Shown here one piece after another: positions 10,053-20,055 of a stretch of 64,000 bases of DNA. The position numbers and the translations under genes are program-made. Where the stretch lies: NCBI GenBank assembly GCA_963668645.2, contig CAXXWC010000013.1, forward strand, positions 32,001 to 96,000. Reading direction: 5' to 3'. Source of the DNA: Desulfobacterales bacterium (GTDB taxonomy: Bacteria > Desulfobacterota > Desulfobacteria > Desulfobacterales > UBA2174). Each line of letters begins with the position of its first letter. Within the stretch, counting starts at the first letter, position 1. The notes under the pieces were generated by a model. That model was not told the origin of the DNA. It saw nothing but the letters and a program-made list of their open reading frames with translations, and searched no databases.

Positions 10053-10678
10053 ACGACACATTACAAACCCTGATCGTCGTGCGCCACGGTGAGACCCGGT
10101 TCAACGTCGAAGAACGATTTCAAGGGCATAACGACAGTCCCCTCACCAGCAACGGCCAGCGGCAGGTTCAGGCCCTCGGCCGGCGTATACGCGCCTTGGG
10201 TTTCGACCGTCTGATCAGCAGCGATCTGGGCCGGGCCCTGCAAACGGCCGACGCCATTGCGGCCGGTACGGGGATCGAAATCGAGATCGATGCGCGCCTG
10301 CGGGAACGCCACTACGGGGTGCTGGAAGGGTTGAGCCTGGAAGAAATCAAGAACCGCTATCCCGAAATCCTCGAACGGCTCGAAGCCGACGATCCGGACT
10401 TCGAGATTCCGTCCGGAGAGAGTCTGCGGCAGCATTACACCCGCAATTGCGCCGCCATCACGGCGCTGGCGGCCGAATCCCGGCCCCGGAGAACCGTGCT
10501 GGTGGTCCACGGCGGGGTTCTGGACAGCGTATTCCGGCTGGTCGCCGGGCTTTCCCTGGCGGCGCCGCGCTGTTTTCTGGGCGCCAACGCAGGCATGACC
10601 GTCATCCGTTACGGGGTCTTTTATCGCACGCCCCGCTGGGTCATCGATACCTGGAACGACACGGCGCACCTGGAATAG
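10049..10678 (+). CDS. Histidine phosphatase (GpmB/phosphoglycerate mutase family)
   Basis: VRHGET, SSDLGRA, LRERHYG, GES and VHGG motifs. Confidence 0.9.
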   Translation: MNDTLQTLIVVRHGETRFNVEERFQGHNDSPLTSNGQRQVQALGRRIRALGFDRLISSDLGRALQTADAIAAGTGIEIEIDARLRERHYGVLEGLSLEEIKNRYPEILERLEADDPDFEIPSGESLRQHYTRNCAAITALAAESRPRRTVLVVHGGVLDSVFRLVAGLSLAAPRCFLGANAGMTVIRYGVFYRTPRWVIDTWNDTAHLE

Positions 10679-10847
10679 GCCGCCCCCGGACTCTGAGGCC
10701 CGGCTGATAGGGGGGCGGGCCTTCGATCCAACCGGCGCGCTTGGAGCAGGACCGGGGCGAGTTCGTCCCTCTGGCACCCCAACTATTCCGTGGAAGCACT
10801 ATCGATCAAGGACCGCGGTGTTTCCACGGCTATGCCGCCTGCCTGTC

Positions 10848-11171
10848 CTACACCAATCGTTCCAGCAGCAGGTCTTCCAGATTGCGGCGGGCATCCAGGA
10901 CCGACAGGACATGCACGGATTGGCGGCAAACCCGGTAAATGATCCGCCAGGAAGAGACGATCAATTCCCGGTAGATGAAGATTCCTTGATCCTGGAGATC
11001 AGGCACGATCCGCCCGCGTTCCGGGAAATTGTTCAGGATCGAGGCCGCTCGGCTGATCTTGCGCAGGATATTCAATGCATTGGACGGACTGCCGGCCGCT
11101 ACATACTCGACGATCCGCCGCAAGTCGTTTTCGGCGGCGGCAGGCCACAGGATCTGATACGCTTCAGACAT
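10848..11171 (-). CDS. RelE/ParE family toxin
   Basis: AENDLRRIVEY...FPERGRIVP...YRELIVSSWRIIYR...VLDARR. Confidence 0.88.
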   Translation of the reverse strand: MSEAYQILWPAAAENDLRRIVEYVAAGSPSNALNILRKISRAASILNNFPERGRIVPDLQDQGIFIYRELIVSSWRIIYRVCRQSVHVLSVLDARRNLEDLLLERLV

Positions 11172-11448
11172 CCGCCGCGTCTTTCAGCGAAAATTCGATA
11201 TCCTTGAATACGTCCTCCTGAGCCCTGGATTTTCCGCTGCGAATGTCTGCCTCGCCTTGTGAAATCAGCTTCAGCATACCGATTGCATTGCGCATGCTTT
11301 CATAGCTTTGTGGGTCCTGAAGAACCGCCCGGGCCTCACCATTCTGGGTGATGATCACCGGGCGTCGTGTCTCGTTGATCTGTTTGAGCAGATCCGCGGC
11401 CCGGGCTTTCAGATAGGTAACCGGCTTGATGTCGTTTACGATGTTCAT
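11164..11448 (-). CDS. Phd/YefM family antitoxin
   Basis: DIKPVTYLK...PVIITQNGEARAVL; GGAGG RBS; overlaps the toxin. Confidence 0.9.
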   Translation of the reverse strand: MNIVNDIKPVTYLKARAADLLKQINETRRPVIITQNGEARAVLQDPQSYESMRNAIGMLKLISQGEADIRSGKSRAQEDVFKDIEFSLKDAADV

Positions 11449-11526
11449 TGGCTTCACCTCCAGTCCGTATAACATACCAAATTCGAACCGGATGCCAACC
11501 GAAGTCTCCTTCCCTTCACGACCCCG

Positions 11527-12157
11527 TCAAAGTCGGGATCCGTCCGCCATTAATGATTTCAGTGCATCTTTATTGTTATTCATAAGTATATGGAGATTCG
11601 CCCTGATGCTTTCAATGCCCATGTCCCACCATTTCAGGTTTTCCAGCATCTCTATTGTTTCACTATCAAATCTCAATTTTATCGATTTCGCAGGAACCCC
11701 GCCAACGACTTCATAAGGTTTTACATTTTTAGTGACCACAGCGCGTGTCGCGATCCTGGCACCATCGCCTATTTTCACGCCGGCCATAATAGCGGCTTCG
11801 TGCCCAATCCAAACATCATTGCCAATGATTATGTCTCCTCTATTGTCCCAACTGCTGTTAATTGGCATCGAATGTTCCCAAAGATCACCAAATATTGCAA
11901 ATGGGTAATTTACAAATGAATCATTTTTGTGATTTCCTCCGTTAAACAGAAATTTGGCCCCTGATGCGATCGAACAAAATTTTCCTATTATTAATTGATC
12001 GTTGTTCATCGGATACTGGTATAGAACATTTCGGCTCTCAAAATTTTTGGGATCATCGAAATCGTGATAGTATGAATATTCGCCGACAACTATATTCGGC
12101 TTGGTTATTACTTCCATAAGGTGACAAGTATGCGGATCATTAGGCCGTGGAAAAATC
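11527..12157 (-). pseudogene. Vat/CatB-type hexapeptide O-acetyltransferase separated from its native start codon (14910-14912) by an IS
   Basis: VGEYSYY, IGKFCSIA, IGNDVWIG, GGVPAK and WWD motifs; removing the IS restores MIFPRPNDPHTCHL. Confidence 0.85.
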
Positions 12158-14003
12158 CTATGGCCACACAATTTGGTTGGATTTTGCCCCGGATAAAGCC
12201 GCAGAAGCGCGCTGTGAGATTCGAACGGGAAGATCCGGTATTTTTGTCAGTGCTTTAAAACCAGGCAGAATGCGATCGGCATCCGCGGCCGGTATCAGCT
12301 CCTCGGAAGCCGAGGTTCGATCCAAATCAGCAAACAGGGCTTCGATATTTCTGCCGGCCGTCGAGCAGGATTTTCATGTAGTCGGGGTTGGACAGATTTT
12401 TCACCAACGGGGTATCGGCCAGCATGGTTTGCAACGCGCGGTGCATGCGATTATCGCCGGTACGGCGGCGATGATCCCGGCGCAAGCTGCGAAAGAACTG
12501 TTCCAGGATGTTGTTGGTCCGCTGGGGATAAACCACCTGCGGCCCCGAAGGGGTCTGCACGTCAATCGGGTCGGCAAACAGTTTGTCGTGATACTTGTCG
12601 ATCTGTTCGGCCAGTTTGCGGCACAGCGGATCGGCTGCCAGCTTTGCTTCGGCATCGAGACGGTGACGGAATTGGCCAACGCTCTGGCGGATACTTTCCA
12701 TCGCGGGTGCGGCACCATCATCGTTGAGGCCGTCTCGGCCTCCGGAAGGTGCGATGCGCATGGCTTGGCGAAGCTGATCAAAGAGCCGGCAACGCCAGCG
12801 TAACGAGTCGAGGCTTTTTTCGAAGACCGGATCGGCGACGACATCCATCACCTTTCGTGCCAGGTGGACAAACAAGCGGCTGCCGGCCACGTTGTCGCCG
12901 GGAAGTGTCTGTAGCAGGCGCGGCAGGCAATCGAGCAGGATCATAAGCCGTTCGGCCAGTACCAGCAAGGGGCGATCGAAAGGAAAGCCGTAGCCATCGC
13001 CGCAGTGTTTGGCCTGCAAGCTCCACAGCGATAGTGCATAGACCGCCGCAGGGGTCGTGAGACTCAAATCGGCAGCCGTTTGGGTGCCCGCCAGATACAT
13101 CGCCAGGGCGTTCGGCTCGGCCAGTAACCGACGGGCGTGGCGGGCCAACGCACGGAACCGGGTGCTGAACGCATGGCGACGCAGGCAGCCACGAAGCTCG
13201 CGGTAGGCCGGCTCGATCAGGTCTTTGCCCGCATCGCGCAAGAAATGAAAGTGGCAGACAAAGTCTTTGCTTGTGGGGAACACGGCCCCGACCGCCTTGC
13301 AGATGCCTGTGCCCATGTCATGCACACAGGCGATCGGATCGCCATAGTCGTCTTTGATCTTTTCCAAAAACGGGATGATCTGAGCGGCGTGTTCACTGGG
13401 CACCTTGACATTGGCCAACACCAGGCGGCTCAGAGCGTCGATGCCTGACATCAGAGCGGGCGCATCTTCTTGATGCACGGCATCCAGATGCAGGATATAG
13501 CCGCCGCTTCTGGCCATGGCCTGCTTGATGCGCGGGGTGGCGCGCCGATGGGCCAGAGCCAGCAAGAGGATAAACTTGCGGCCGAGTTTGGTGATTTGAG
13601 AATCGGACAGCACCACATCGCGGGCCAGCAGCTCGTTGCGAACCTGCCCGACACTGTGGCAGTCCTCGAACAGGCGACGGCCGACAAAGACCAGCACGTC
13701 CCAAGCGGTATTGCAACGATGCGCCACCCGCTGACGCAGGGCCGGATCTTCCCAGACACGGCCACAACGGGTACAGCGTTGCACGGTCCGGCGGGCGATA
13801 TAGGTGACCGAAAGACTGACCACGCGCTTGGTTTGTGTCTTTTGGACTTTCAAGGCACCGCCGCAGGAGCACTGCCGGTGCGGGTAGCGAAAATCGACCA
13901 CCGGCGGCTGCGCGAACAACGCCGACGGGCGCACCTCCTGGTGCAGTTGTTCGTTGAGGCGGCTCAGGAGGCCGATGGCCGCAACGGCAGCATTTTTTTT
14001 AAA
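12158..14003 (-). CDS. Transposase OrfB (zinc-finger Cys pairs, DDE, CxxH) with a frameshift near 12350
   Basis: YILHLDA, CVHDMG, CHFHFLRD and RTNNILEQFFR; a plausible C-terminus (NIEALFAD...KSNQIVWP*) lies in another frame and ends in the IR. Confidence 0.8.
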
Positions 14004-14623
14004 CCGTGCTGCGCAAACAGCGCCCGGATCTGGTCGGCCTTGATGCGCACGGCGGCCCGGGCCGACACCCGGCGGGCCAACTCGGCCGGCTCGGCTGACG
14101 GCTTGCGGATGAATTCGGCCAGCACCATCACTGCAATCTCGGCTGGCAGCACCGCCGCCACGGGCGCTTCCAGGACACGACGTTGCGCCTCGGCGGTCCT
14201 GGCATTGCTGGCCAGGTAAACGTTCGCGCGTCCCTGGCGCTGGCGCTGGACAAGACCGCGGCGGTACAACCCGACCAGAACCGAATGACAACGGCAGCGC
14301 AACTTTTGGCCGAGCGCTTCGGCGCTCATCCCTGCCAGACTGGCATCGATCAGGGCCACCAGCGTACGGGTCAGACTGCCGGCCCGGGAAAAGCCGATGT
14401 CGTGGTAAAACCACAGTCCTTCGCGCGAAAAGCGAGGAATCGAACGCAGGGTATACCATCGTCCGTTGTGCGTAAAACTGCTGTAGTAGCCGTTCTGGGC
14501 CAGAAATCGCCGGGTTGATGGAATCGAGTAGTCCATCTGTTGGCTCAGCGGCCCGATCATCCAGCATGGATGCTGCTTGAACAGGACCGCGAGACGCTGG
14601 GAAACCTCGGTCGAACCATCCAT
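13964..14623 (-). CDS. IS OrfA (putative winged-helix DNA-binding protein)
   Basis: Lies inside the IRs; GGAGGG RBS; YYSSFTHNGRWYTL motif; overlaps OrfB at a slippery site. Confidence 0.75.
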   Translation of the reverse strand: MDGSTEVSQRLAVLFKQHPCWMIGPLSQQMDYSIPSTRRFLAQNGYYSSFTHNGRWYTLRSIPRFSREGLWFYHDIGFSRAGSLTRTLVALIDASLAGMSAEALGQKLRCRCHSVLVGLYRRGLVQRQRQGRANVYLASNARTAEAQRRVLEAPVAAVLPAEIAVMVLAEFIRKPSAEPAELARRVSARAAVRIKADQIRALFAQHGLKKMLPLRPSAS

Positions 14624-14940
14624 ATCGCCCTCCCGATAAAGTATTGCAGGTTATCGCCGCAACCGGGCATATATGCAATACATTATCAAGAAATGGACGA
14701 TTTGACAAGAACGAAAAAGAGGATAGCCATCTATCGTAAATGACAATCATTACATGTGTTTTCTATGAGTTAGACGCAAAGCCGACACCCCGGAAAACGA
14801 AAGCACAGGCTCCTTGAGAATCGCAAAATATGATCAAGTATGGCAAAAATAATCGGATAACATACTGATTTTACAGAATCCAACCGTTTTGTGGTTCCAT
14901 AGGAAAAATCATTTTAGTTTGATATCCTTATAATTTGAAA

Positions 14941-15921
14941 TTATACTTTCATTACAATTTTACCAACTGTTCTTTGTCTTAGAATTTCTTTCAGTCTTTC
15001 CCCTGTTTGCTCCAATGTAACAACTTCCAATGCCGGTACTTTAATCTTTTCCTGTTCAAGCAGGGACGAAAACTTTTTGCCTGCTAGTATTAGATTTTTC
15101 TTGGCGTCAGCCCCATTTCTATGCCCCGATCCAAGACTAAACTGGTGAAAGCTGAGGCCCTTCATAAAAGCATCGCGATAGTCAAGGGGTCTGACTGTGT
15201 CTACCAGCTCGACCATCTGCCCCTCGAACCGAAGGCAGTTTGCAACAATCACATCATTGTCCGGTCCAACTGTATCAAGGCCAATATCAACGCCTTGTTG
15301 AGCAGTGATTTCAAGTACACGGGCAACGACATCTTCGCTCTTGTAGTCCACAGCGTCTGTAGCACCTAACCCGGCCACGTATCGATGATTTGAAGCAGAG
15401 CAGGTAACGATAATTTTTTCTAAATTAAAATATGACGCGATCTGGGTGGCAAAGCCGCCAACGCCACCGGAACCTCCCGTAATCAAAATCGAACGATGCT
15501 CACCGGCTTTCAGTTTATCGTTTAGCGCCCGCCAGGCAGTCCAGCCTGCGCAAGGTGTTGCCGCTGCGACTTCCGGTGCCACGTCCGGATGAGGGATAAT
15601 GGCATCGGCATCTTGAACCGTATATTCCGAGAATCCTCCGTGCGGGCGAAACATGTCCCCATGGCAAAGTATCTGATCACCGGGTTTCCATCTTTTTACC
15701 TTATTGCCGACTTTGACAATATGACCGGATACATCCAGCCCCGGCACCCAGGTTTCATCCATTCCCTGAACCATCAACTTCCACAAACTGATTTTTGCAT
15801 CAACTGGATTGAGGCCGCATGCGTCTACTTTGACCAGCACGTCAGTCCCCTCTATTGCAGGAATGGGAAGTTTGGATATACTAAAAAGATTGTTTTTTGG
15901 ATTAAAAGTCAGGGCTTTCAT
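14941..15921 (-). CDS. Medium-chain (zinc-binding dehydrogenase/quinone oxidoreductase) family protein
   Basis: GLNPVD, VPGLDVSG, GGSGGVG and GKIV motifs. Confidence 0.88.
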   Translation of the reverse strand: MKALTFNPKNNLFSISKLPIPAIEGTDVLVKVDACGLNPVDAKISLWKLMVQGMDETWVPGLDVSGHIVKVGNKVKRWKPGDQILCHGDMFRPHGGFSEYTVQDADAIIPHPDVAPEVAAATPCAGWTAWRALNDKLKAGEHRSILITGGSGGVGGFATQIASYFNLEKIIVTCSASNHRYVAGLGATDAVDYKSEDVVARVLEITAQQGVDIGLDTVGPDNDVIVANCLRFEGQMVELVDTVRPLDYRDAFMKGLSFHQFSLGSGHRNGADAKKNLILAGKKFSSLLEQEKIKVPALEVVTLEQTGERLKEILRQRTVGKIVMKV

Positions 15922-16420
15922 CGCAAAGTTCCTTTTTTACGCTGTCAGAGATTACTATTTTTACACCGGCCGATATCGCTTTTGACAGGTCCTCCTCCGT
16001 ATCCACAGTCCATGTGTTGACACGCTTGCCCATCTGCTTCGCAGCCTTCATCCATAATTTTTTTCTCTTTGTGGAGTCATTTGGAAAAAGAGATATCTCA
16101 GGATGTAAAGTGTCCGCTCCTGCAAGAAATCCCTTTATGCCTGTGCGGTTTATCCATGAGGAAATTTTGTAGCGCAACTTTTTCTTGTCTTCAGGGTTCA
16201 CTACGCGGTCTACACTTCGAAAAAGGTATGCGGTCTCGATGGTACGATGAAAAAAGCGCGTGGTAAGAAGTGTGTTGATATCAAAGGAAGAGATGATCAC
16301 CTGTTCATCAATGCCGTAATGACGTATGATGGTTACGGCCTTTCGGGCAGTGTGGCAGATAAAGGGGTGGCTCGATTTAATCTCGACGTTGAATATGATA
16401 TTTTCCTTCTTGCTTATAAA
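15902..16420 (-). pseudogene. Glycerophosphodiester phosphodiesterase, 3' half (IS-interrupted)
   Basis: FNVEIK...VIISSFD...LHP...VNTWTVD...GVKIVISD. Confidence 0.88.
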
Positions 16421-16446
16421 CTCGACAGTCCGAAGTTTTACCGCCT

Positions 16447-17890
16447 TCAGGCGGCCAGCGGCATCCAGTCCTGCTGGTCGCTGCGGCTCTTTGAAATAAT
16501 TATCGTATAAATCGCGTCATTGCTGAAATCGCGAAAATTATGGAAGTATTCCTGCTGGACTACCGACTGAACGACCTCTTCGGACGGGATGACAGAACTG
16601 ACGGTTCGCAGCCATCCCGCATACTGTCCCCAGATCGTTTTGTGGCAGTTCAGCGCCAGGATCTGAAGAATCCCGGTGGCGATGCAGCCGAAGTTGACAA
16701 AGGCCTCGATGGCGTCGGTCGTTTCAGCAATCAGCCGTTGGCTCCGGTCGTCGTTGACGGTTGAAAGATCGCTGTTGTTGGCTTTTCCAATTCGGGGCCA
16801 GGCAGTCGTCCAGAATCGGTAGAAAAAGGCGCCTATCAAGTGTTTGAGGACCTTGAAGCTCACCTCGATCTTGAACCGGTAACTGTAGGCCAGGATCATG
16901 TCTCGGGCCCCGAGGGTCAAATCCGACCCCATCAGGATGAACCGCTCGTCGCCGTCGGCGACCAATACAAAACGCATCTTTTCTCCGACCGGCTTCCAGA
17001 GCAGGTCCAGACACAGAAAGGCCACGTCTTTGACCTGCCCGTACAGCTCGATGCGGGCCTGTTCGAAAGATGCCCTGCGCTTATCGAACAGTTCGATCAG
17101 CGCAAGCTTTTCACCGTATTCCCGTGGCCGGCCGGGGCGTCCGGTTGGCGGCGGTGCATCGGAGTAGGCCACCACGTTGCTTTTAGCGCGGGTCACCACA
17201 TGCACCAGGCGGCGGCCGGCGGCATCGCGCACCGTTTTGAGGATTGCAAACACCGGTCCCACGGCGAAGTAGGCGTCAAGTACCAGCAGACACCGTCTGC
17301 CCAGTGCCGGCACCGACTTTGCCGCCATGGCCGCCATCAAACTGGTGATGCTGACCTTGGGCTGGCCGTCGACCAGCGGATCGGCCTTTTTTTGGAAGCG
17401 GCGAAGCGTTTCTACGCCTTCATGGAGCTCGGCACAAAGCGGGATGCAGAAGATTTTTTTTACTCCAACCGCCAAGAACACCGATCACTCCCCAGTGGTG
17501 CCCGTAAATGTACGGGGCTTTGCCCGAGTTGTCCGACTCCTGATGAAGCCGTTTGACGCCGGGCATCTTTTCGGCTTCCTTCGAGACCTTGATACCGTCG
17601 CCGGCGAGCACCAGGCGACCGTCGATCTTGACTGGAATGCATCGCTCCAACACGATTTGCCACCAGCGGCGCATGATCGGGCCGAGCTTCCAGGACCGGG
17701 CCCGGAAAAACGACAGCATCGCCGTGTACAGCGAGGGCCGGATCGCGAGCCAGCGGACAAAGGAACTGGCCCCGCAGTGGTCGATGCGCACGATAAAGCC
17801 CAGTACCACGGTCACGAACCAGTGATAGGCTGCCTGGCGCGTGAAACAGGGCCGGAAGGCTTCCAGGATGCGGCTGATATGACCGATCAT
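16447..17890 (-). pseudogene. DDE transposase (IS701-like) split by a frameshift in an A8 run at ~17455
   Basis: LAGDGIKVSKE...LVLDAYF...YSYRFKIEVSFKVLK; removing one A gives ...GWSKKIFCIPL... Confidence 0.8.
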
Positions 17891-18204
17891 GGCCCCTCCT
17901 TTGCCATCGCGAAGGTATTGGGGGCTGTTCGTACAACACCCAGGCCGGCATGGACCTTTTTCAACAAGGCCGAGACGATGGAGTCTCGGCTGAGTTCGGT
18001 GTCGTGGTCCTGCTTGGCCAGGTCAATAATCTCGGTGACATGCAAGGGGCGGCCGGCGGTTTGGAGTACGTCCAGCACGATATCGATATTAGACGTACGC
18101 CTCTTTAGCCGTTCTTCCCCTGGCTGCTGGAAGCGCTCGACAACCTTGATCGTAGCTTGCGCAACCTCCTTTTGGAATTGAAGATACTTTTCGAATTGGT
18201 CCAT
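17887..18204 (-). CDS. IS accessory winged-helix protein
   Basis: VLQTAGRPLHVTEII...RDSIVSAL...RTAPNTF; AGGAGG RBS; coupled to the transposase. Confidence 0.7.
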   Translation of the reverse strand: MDQFEKYLQFQKEVAQATIKVVERFQQPGEERLKRRTSNIDIVLDVLQTAGRPLHVTEIIDLAKQDHDTELSRDSIVSALLKKVHAGLGVVRTAPNTFAMAKEGP

Positions 18205-18411
18205 AGGGCACCTCCTTTCATAGTTGGTTTGAAAGGAGGATACAGGCACTCTGTAGGTATGTCAAGTAATTTTTTACGTACCCGTCTGAATTCTTATATA
18301 AGCCTGTTATTGTTGATCTTTATCTTTGTATAGCGATCTGTCTCAGGTACGTAATTCGTCGGACCGTACCTGCTGCCCTTTGTCTGGGGGCCAGAACTTT
18401 GGACTGTCGAG

Positions 18412-18730
18412 TTATAAACCGGCAGGTCTCAGAAAAAGTCGGAACTTCAATGCTCTTTTTTCTGGTAATCCCCTGGATCGTTTCAAAAGACTTTTCCCAG
18501 GGGAAAAAACCGAATTCCGATTTAAGAAACCAACGGTTTGCCACGATAAGTTTGCCATCTAAGGTAGATTCTACATCGATTTCGACTCCCGAAGCCCCAC
18601 GCCTGAGAGCCTCTTCAAATGCTGCAATGGTGTTTTCTGGTACGTTTTCTTTCCTTACACCTCTATGTCCCAGTATGACCGGTTTCCCCCCATTTTCTTC
18701 AACCAATCTGTCAATCAGTGCACTTCTCAA
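18412..18730 (-). pseudogene. Glycerophosphodiester phosphodiesterase, 5' half
   Basis: ILGHRG...PENTIAAF...GVEIDV; GGAGGA RBS before the TTG. Confidence 0.88.
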
Positions 18731-18734
18731 AAGT

Positions 18735-18881
18735 TATCCTCCGTCTTCCGGTATCGGACGTTTCAGCAGAAGGACTCGCCCGTCTTCCACGGCTACCCGG
18801 ACAGCATTCCGGCCGGCGTTCCTAGGATGCGATCCAGATTCGGGCTTCTCTGTCGATAAAGGTAATTTCTGGCAGCTTCAT
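18735..18881 (-). pseudogene. Degenerate 5' copy of the XRE gene at 9142-9635
   Basis: Nucleotide similarity to ~9485-9600; MKLPEITFIDREARIWIAS*, then frameshifted RVAVEDGRVLLLKRPIPED. Confidence 0.75.
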
Positions 18882-19074
18882 GGGAAATGTGTCCTGTCCG
18901 TGGCGGGCAAAAGTACCCATCTTGATACTATCCGTCGAACCGTACAGCAAGTCTCGATTAGCCCCGATGTATCGCTACGGACTCGCCGAAGGGGGCGTTT
19001 AAGCGATTGTGATTGGCCGATCTTGACCTGAAAGAGACTTTACTCTATTTTGGCCGTAAAATACAGCAAAGGGC

Positions 19075-19236
19075 ATCCTTGCCGCAGCCAAGCTCAAGGC
19101 CGTTCATCGGCTTTCCTACGCAGATGCGTTTGCCGTGGCCCTGGCGGAAAAGCTCGATGCCGCCATCTGTACTGGTGGTCCCGAAATTGTCGGATTGAAC
19201 ACAACAACTCGGGTAATCCCCCTGTCGCGGGGGTGA
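19075..19236 (+). pseudogene. VapC/PIN C-terminal remnant
   Basis: Manual translation ILAAAKLKAVHRLSYADAFAVALAEKLDAAICTGGPEI...; in-frame stop upstream and no start. Confidence 0.75.
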
Positions 19237-19280
19237 TTCCAATTAAACTGCTGACCACTATCTGAGTCACACGAATTCTC

Positions 19281-19988
19281 TTGCCGCTTGCTATCGTTTC
19301 AAAAATCGCGCCGGATATCCGCCTCTGCCAGGTGGATATCCAGGCTTTGGTGAGGGACTGGTTCGGCGACTTCACCTTGGAGGACCTGCGCCGGCCGGGG
19401 CGGGATCTTTCCATCTGTGCCTCGATCGACCCATGGCTGGCGCCCGGAGAGCTGGAAACCGTCCAGCGCTTCAAGTCGTTCAAGCGGCAGGTGGAATGGC
19501 TTGCCGGGCGCCTGGCGGTCAAGAACCTGGTGGCCGATTGCCTCGATCCAGGCCGGCCGGCCACGGAAGTCAGAATAGACCACGAGCCCGATGGGGCGCC
19601 GCTTCTGCTCGATTTTCCCAATCACTGCCTTTCCATCACCCACGCCGGCCGTTTTGCCGTAGCCGGCCTCAGCCTGGATCCAGACCTGGCCATCGGCATC
19701 GACATCGAGCGCCTGCCGGTTCCCGCCAACGAAGCCTTTTTCGGCCTGGCCTTCAGCCAGCGCGAGCGCGCGGTTCTGGACCCGGCCGATCAGCCCGCCC
19801 TGGCCCGCGCCTGGACCCTTAAGGAAGCCTACCTCAAATACATCCGCCAGGGGTTTCACCACAGCCTGAAGCGGGTGGAGGTCCTCGACGGGGTCCTGCT
19901 GGACGGGAGCCGGCCGGCGCCGGTGGACTGGACGTTCAGCGCACCGGATCCGAGCCACGTGCTGGCCGTGGTGTTTGGCCCGCGGTGA
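19281..19988 (+). CDS. Sfp-type 4'-phosphopantetheinyl transferase
   Basis: EWLAGR, GAP, LSITH, IGIDIE and WTLKEAYLK. Confidence 0.9.
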   Translation: MPLAIVSKIAPDIRLCQVDIQALVRDWFGDFTLEDLRRPGRDLSICASIDPWLAPGELETVQRFKSFKRQVEWLAGRLAVKNLVADCLDPGRPATEVRIDHEPDGAPLLLDFPNHCLSITHAGRFAVAGLSLDPDLAIGIDIERLPVPANEAFFGLAFSQRERAVLDPADQPALARAWTLKEAYLKYIRQGFHHSLKRVEVLDGVLLDGSRPAPVDWTFSAPDPSHVLAVVFGPR

Positions 19989-20055
19989 ATTTGCACCGGC
20001 GTTACACCAGCACGGTGTTTTACGGGAACCGTCATGGTCAACCGACTCCTCCGCT

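Larger units (their letters stand above)
12158..14902 (-). mobile_element. 2745-bp two-ORF IS with a Mutator/IS256-like DDE transposase
   Basis: Imperfect terminal IRs CTATGGCCACACAATTTGGTTGGATT / CTATGGAACCACAAAACGGTTGGATT; 8-bp direct repeat GAAAAATC at 12150-12157 and 14903-14910. Confidence 0.9.
16421..18411 (-). mobile_element. ~1990-bp IS701/IS4-like element with an upstream wHTH ORF
   Basis: IRs CTCGACAGTCC(G/A)AAGTT at both ends; flanking direct repeat TTATAAA at 16414-16420 and 18412-18418. Confidence 0.88.

Noticed and set aside
14004..14750. N-terminal ~250 aa of the 807-aa ORF 12327-14750
   Set aside because: It is an alternate-frame shadow of OrfA with low-complexity Arg/Gly/Pro sequence; transposase-like sequence begins only after the slippery site
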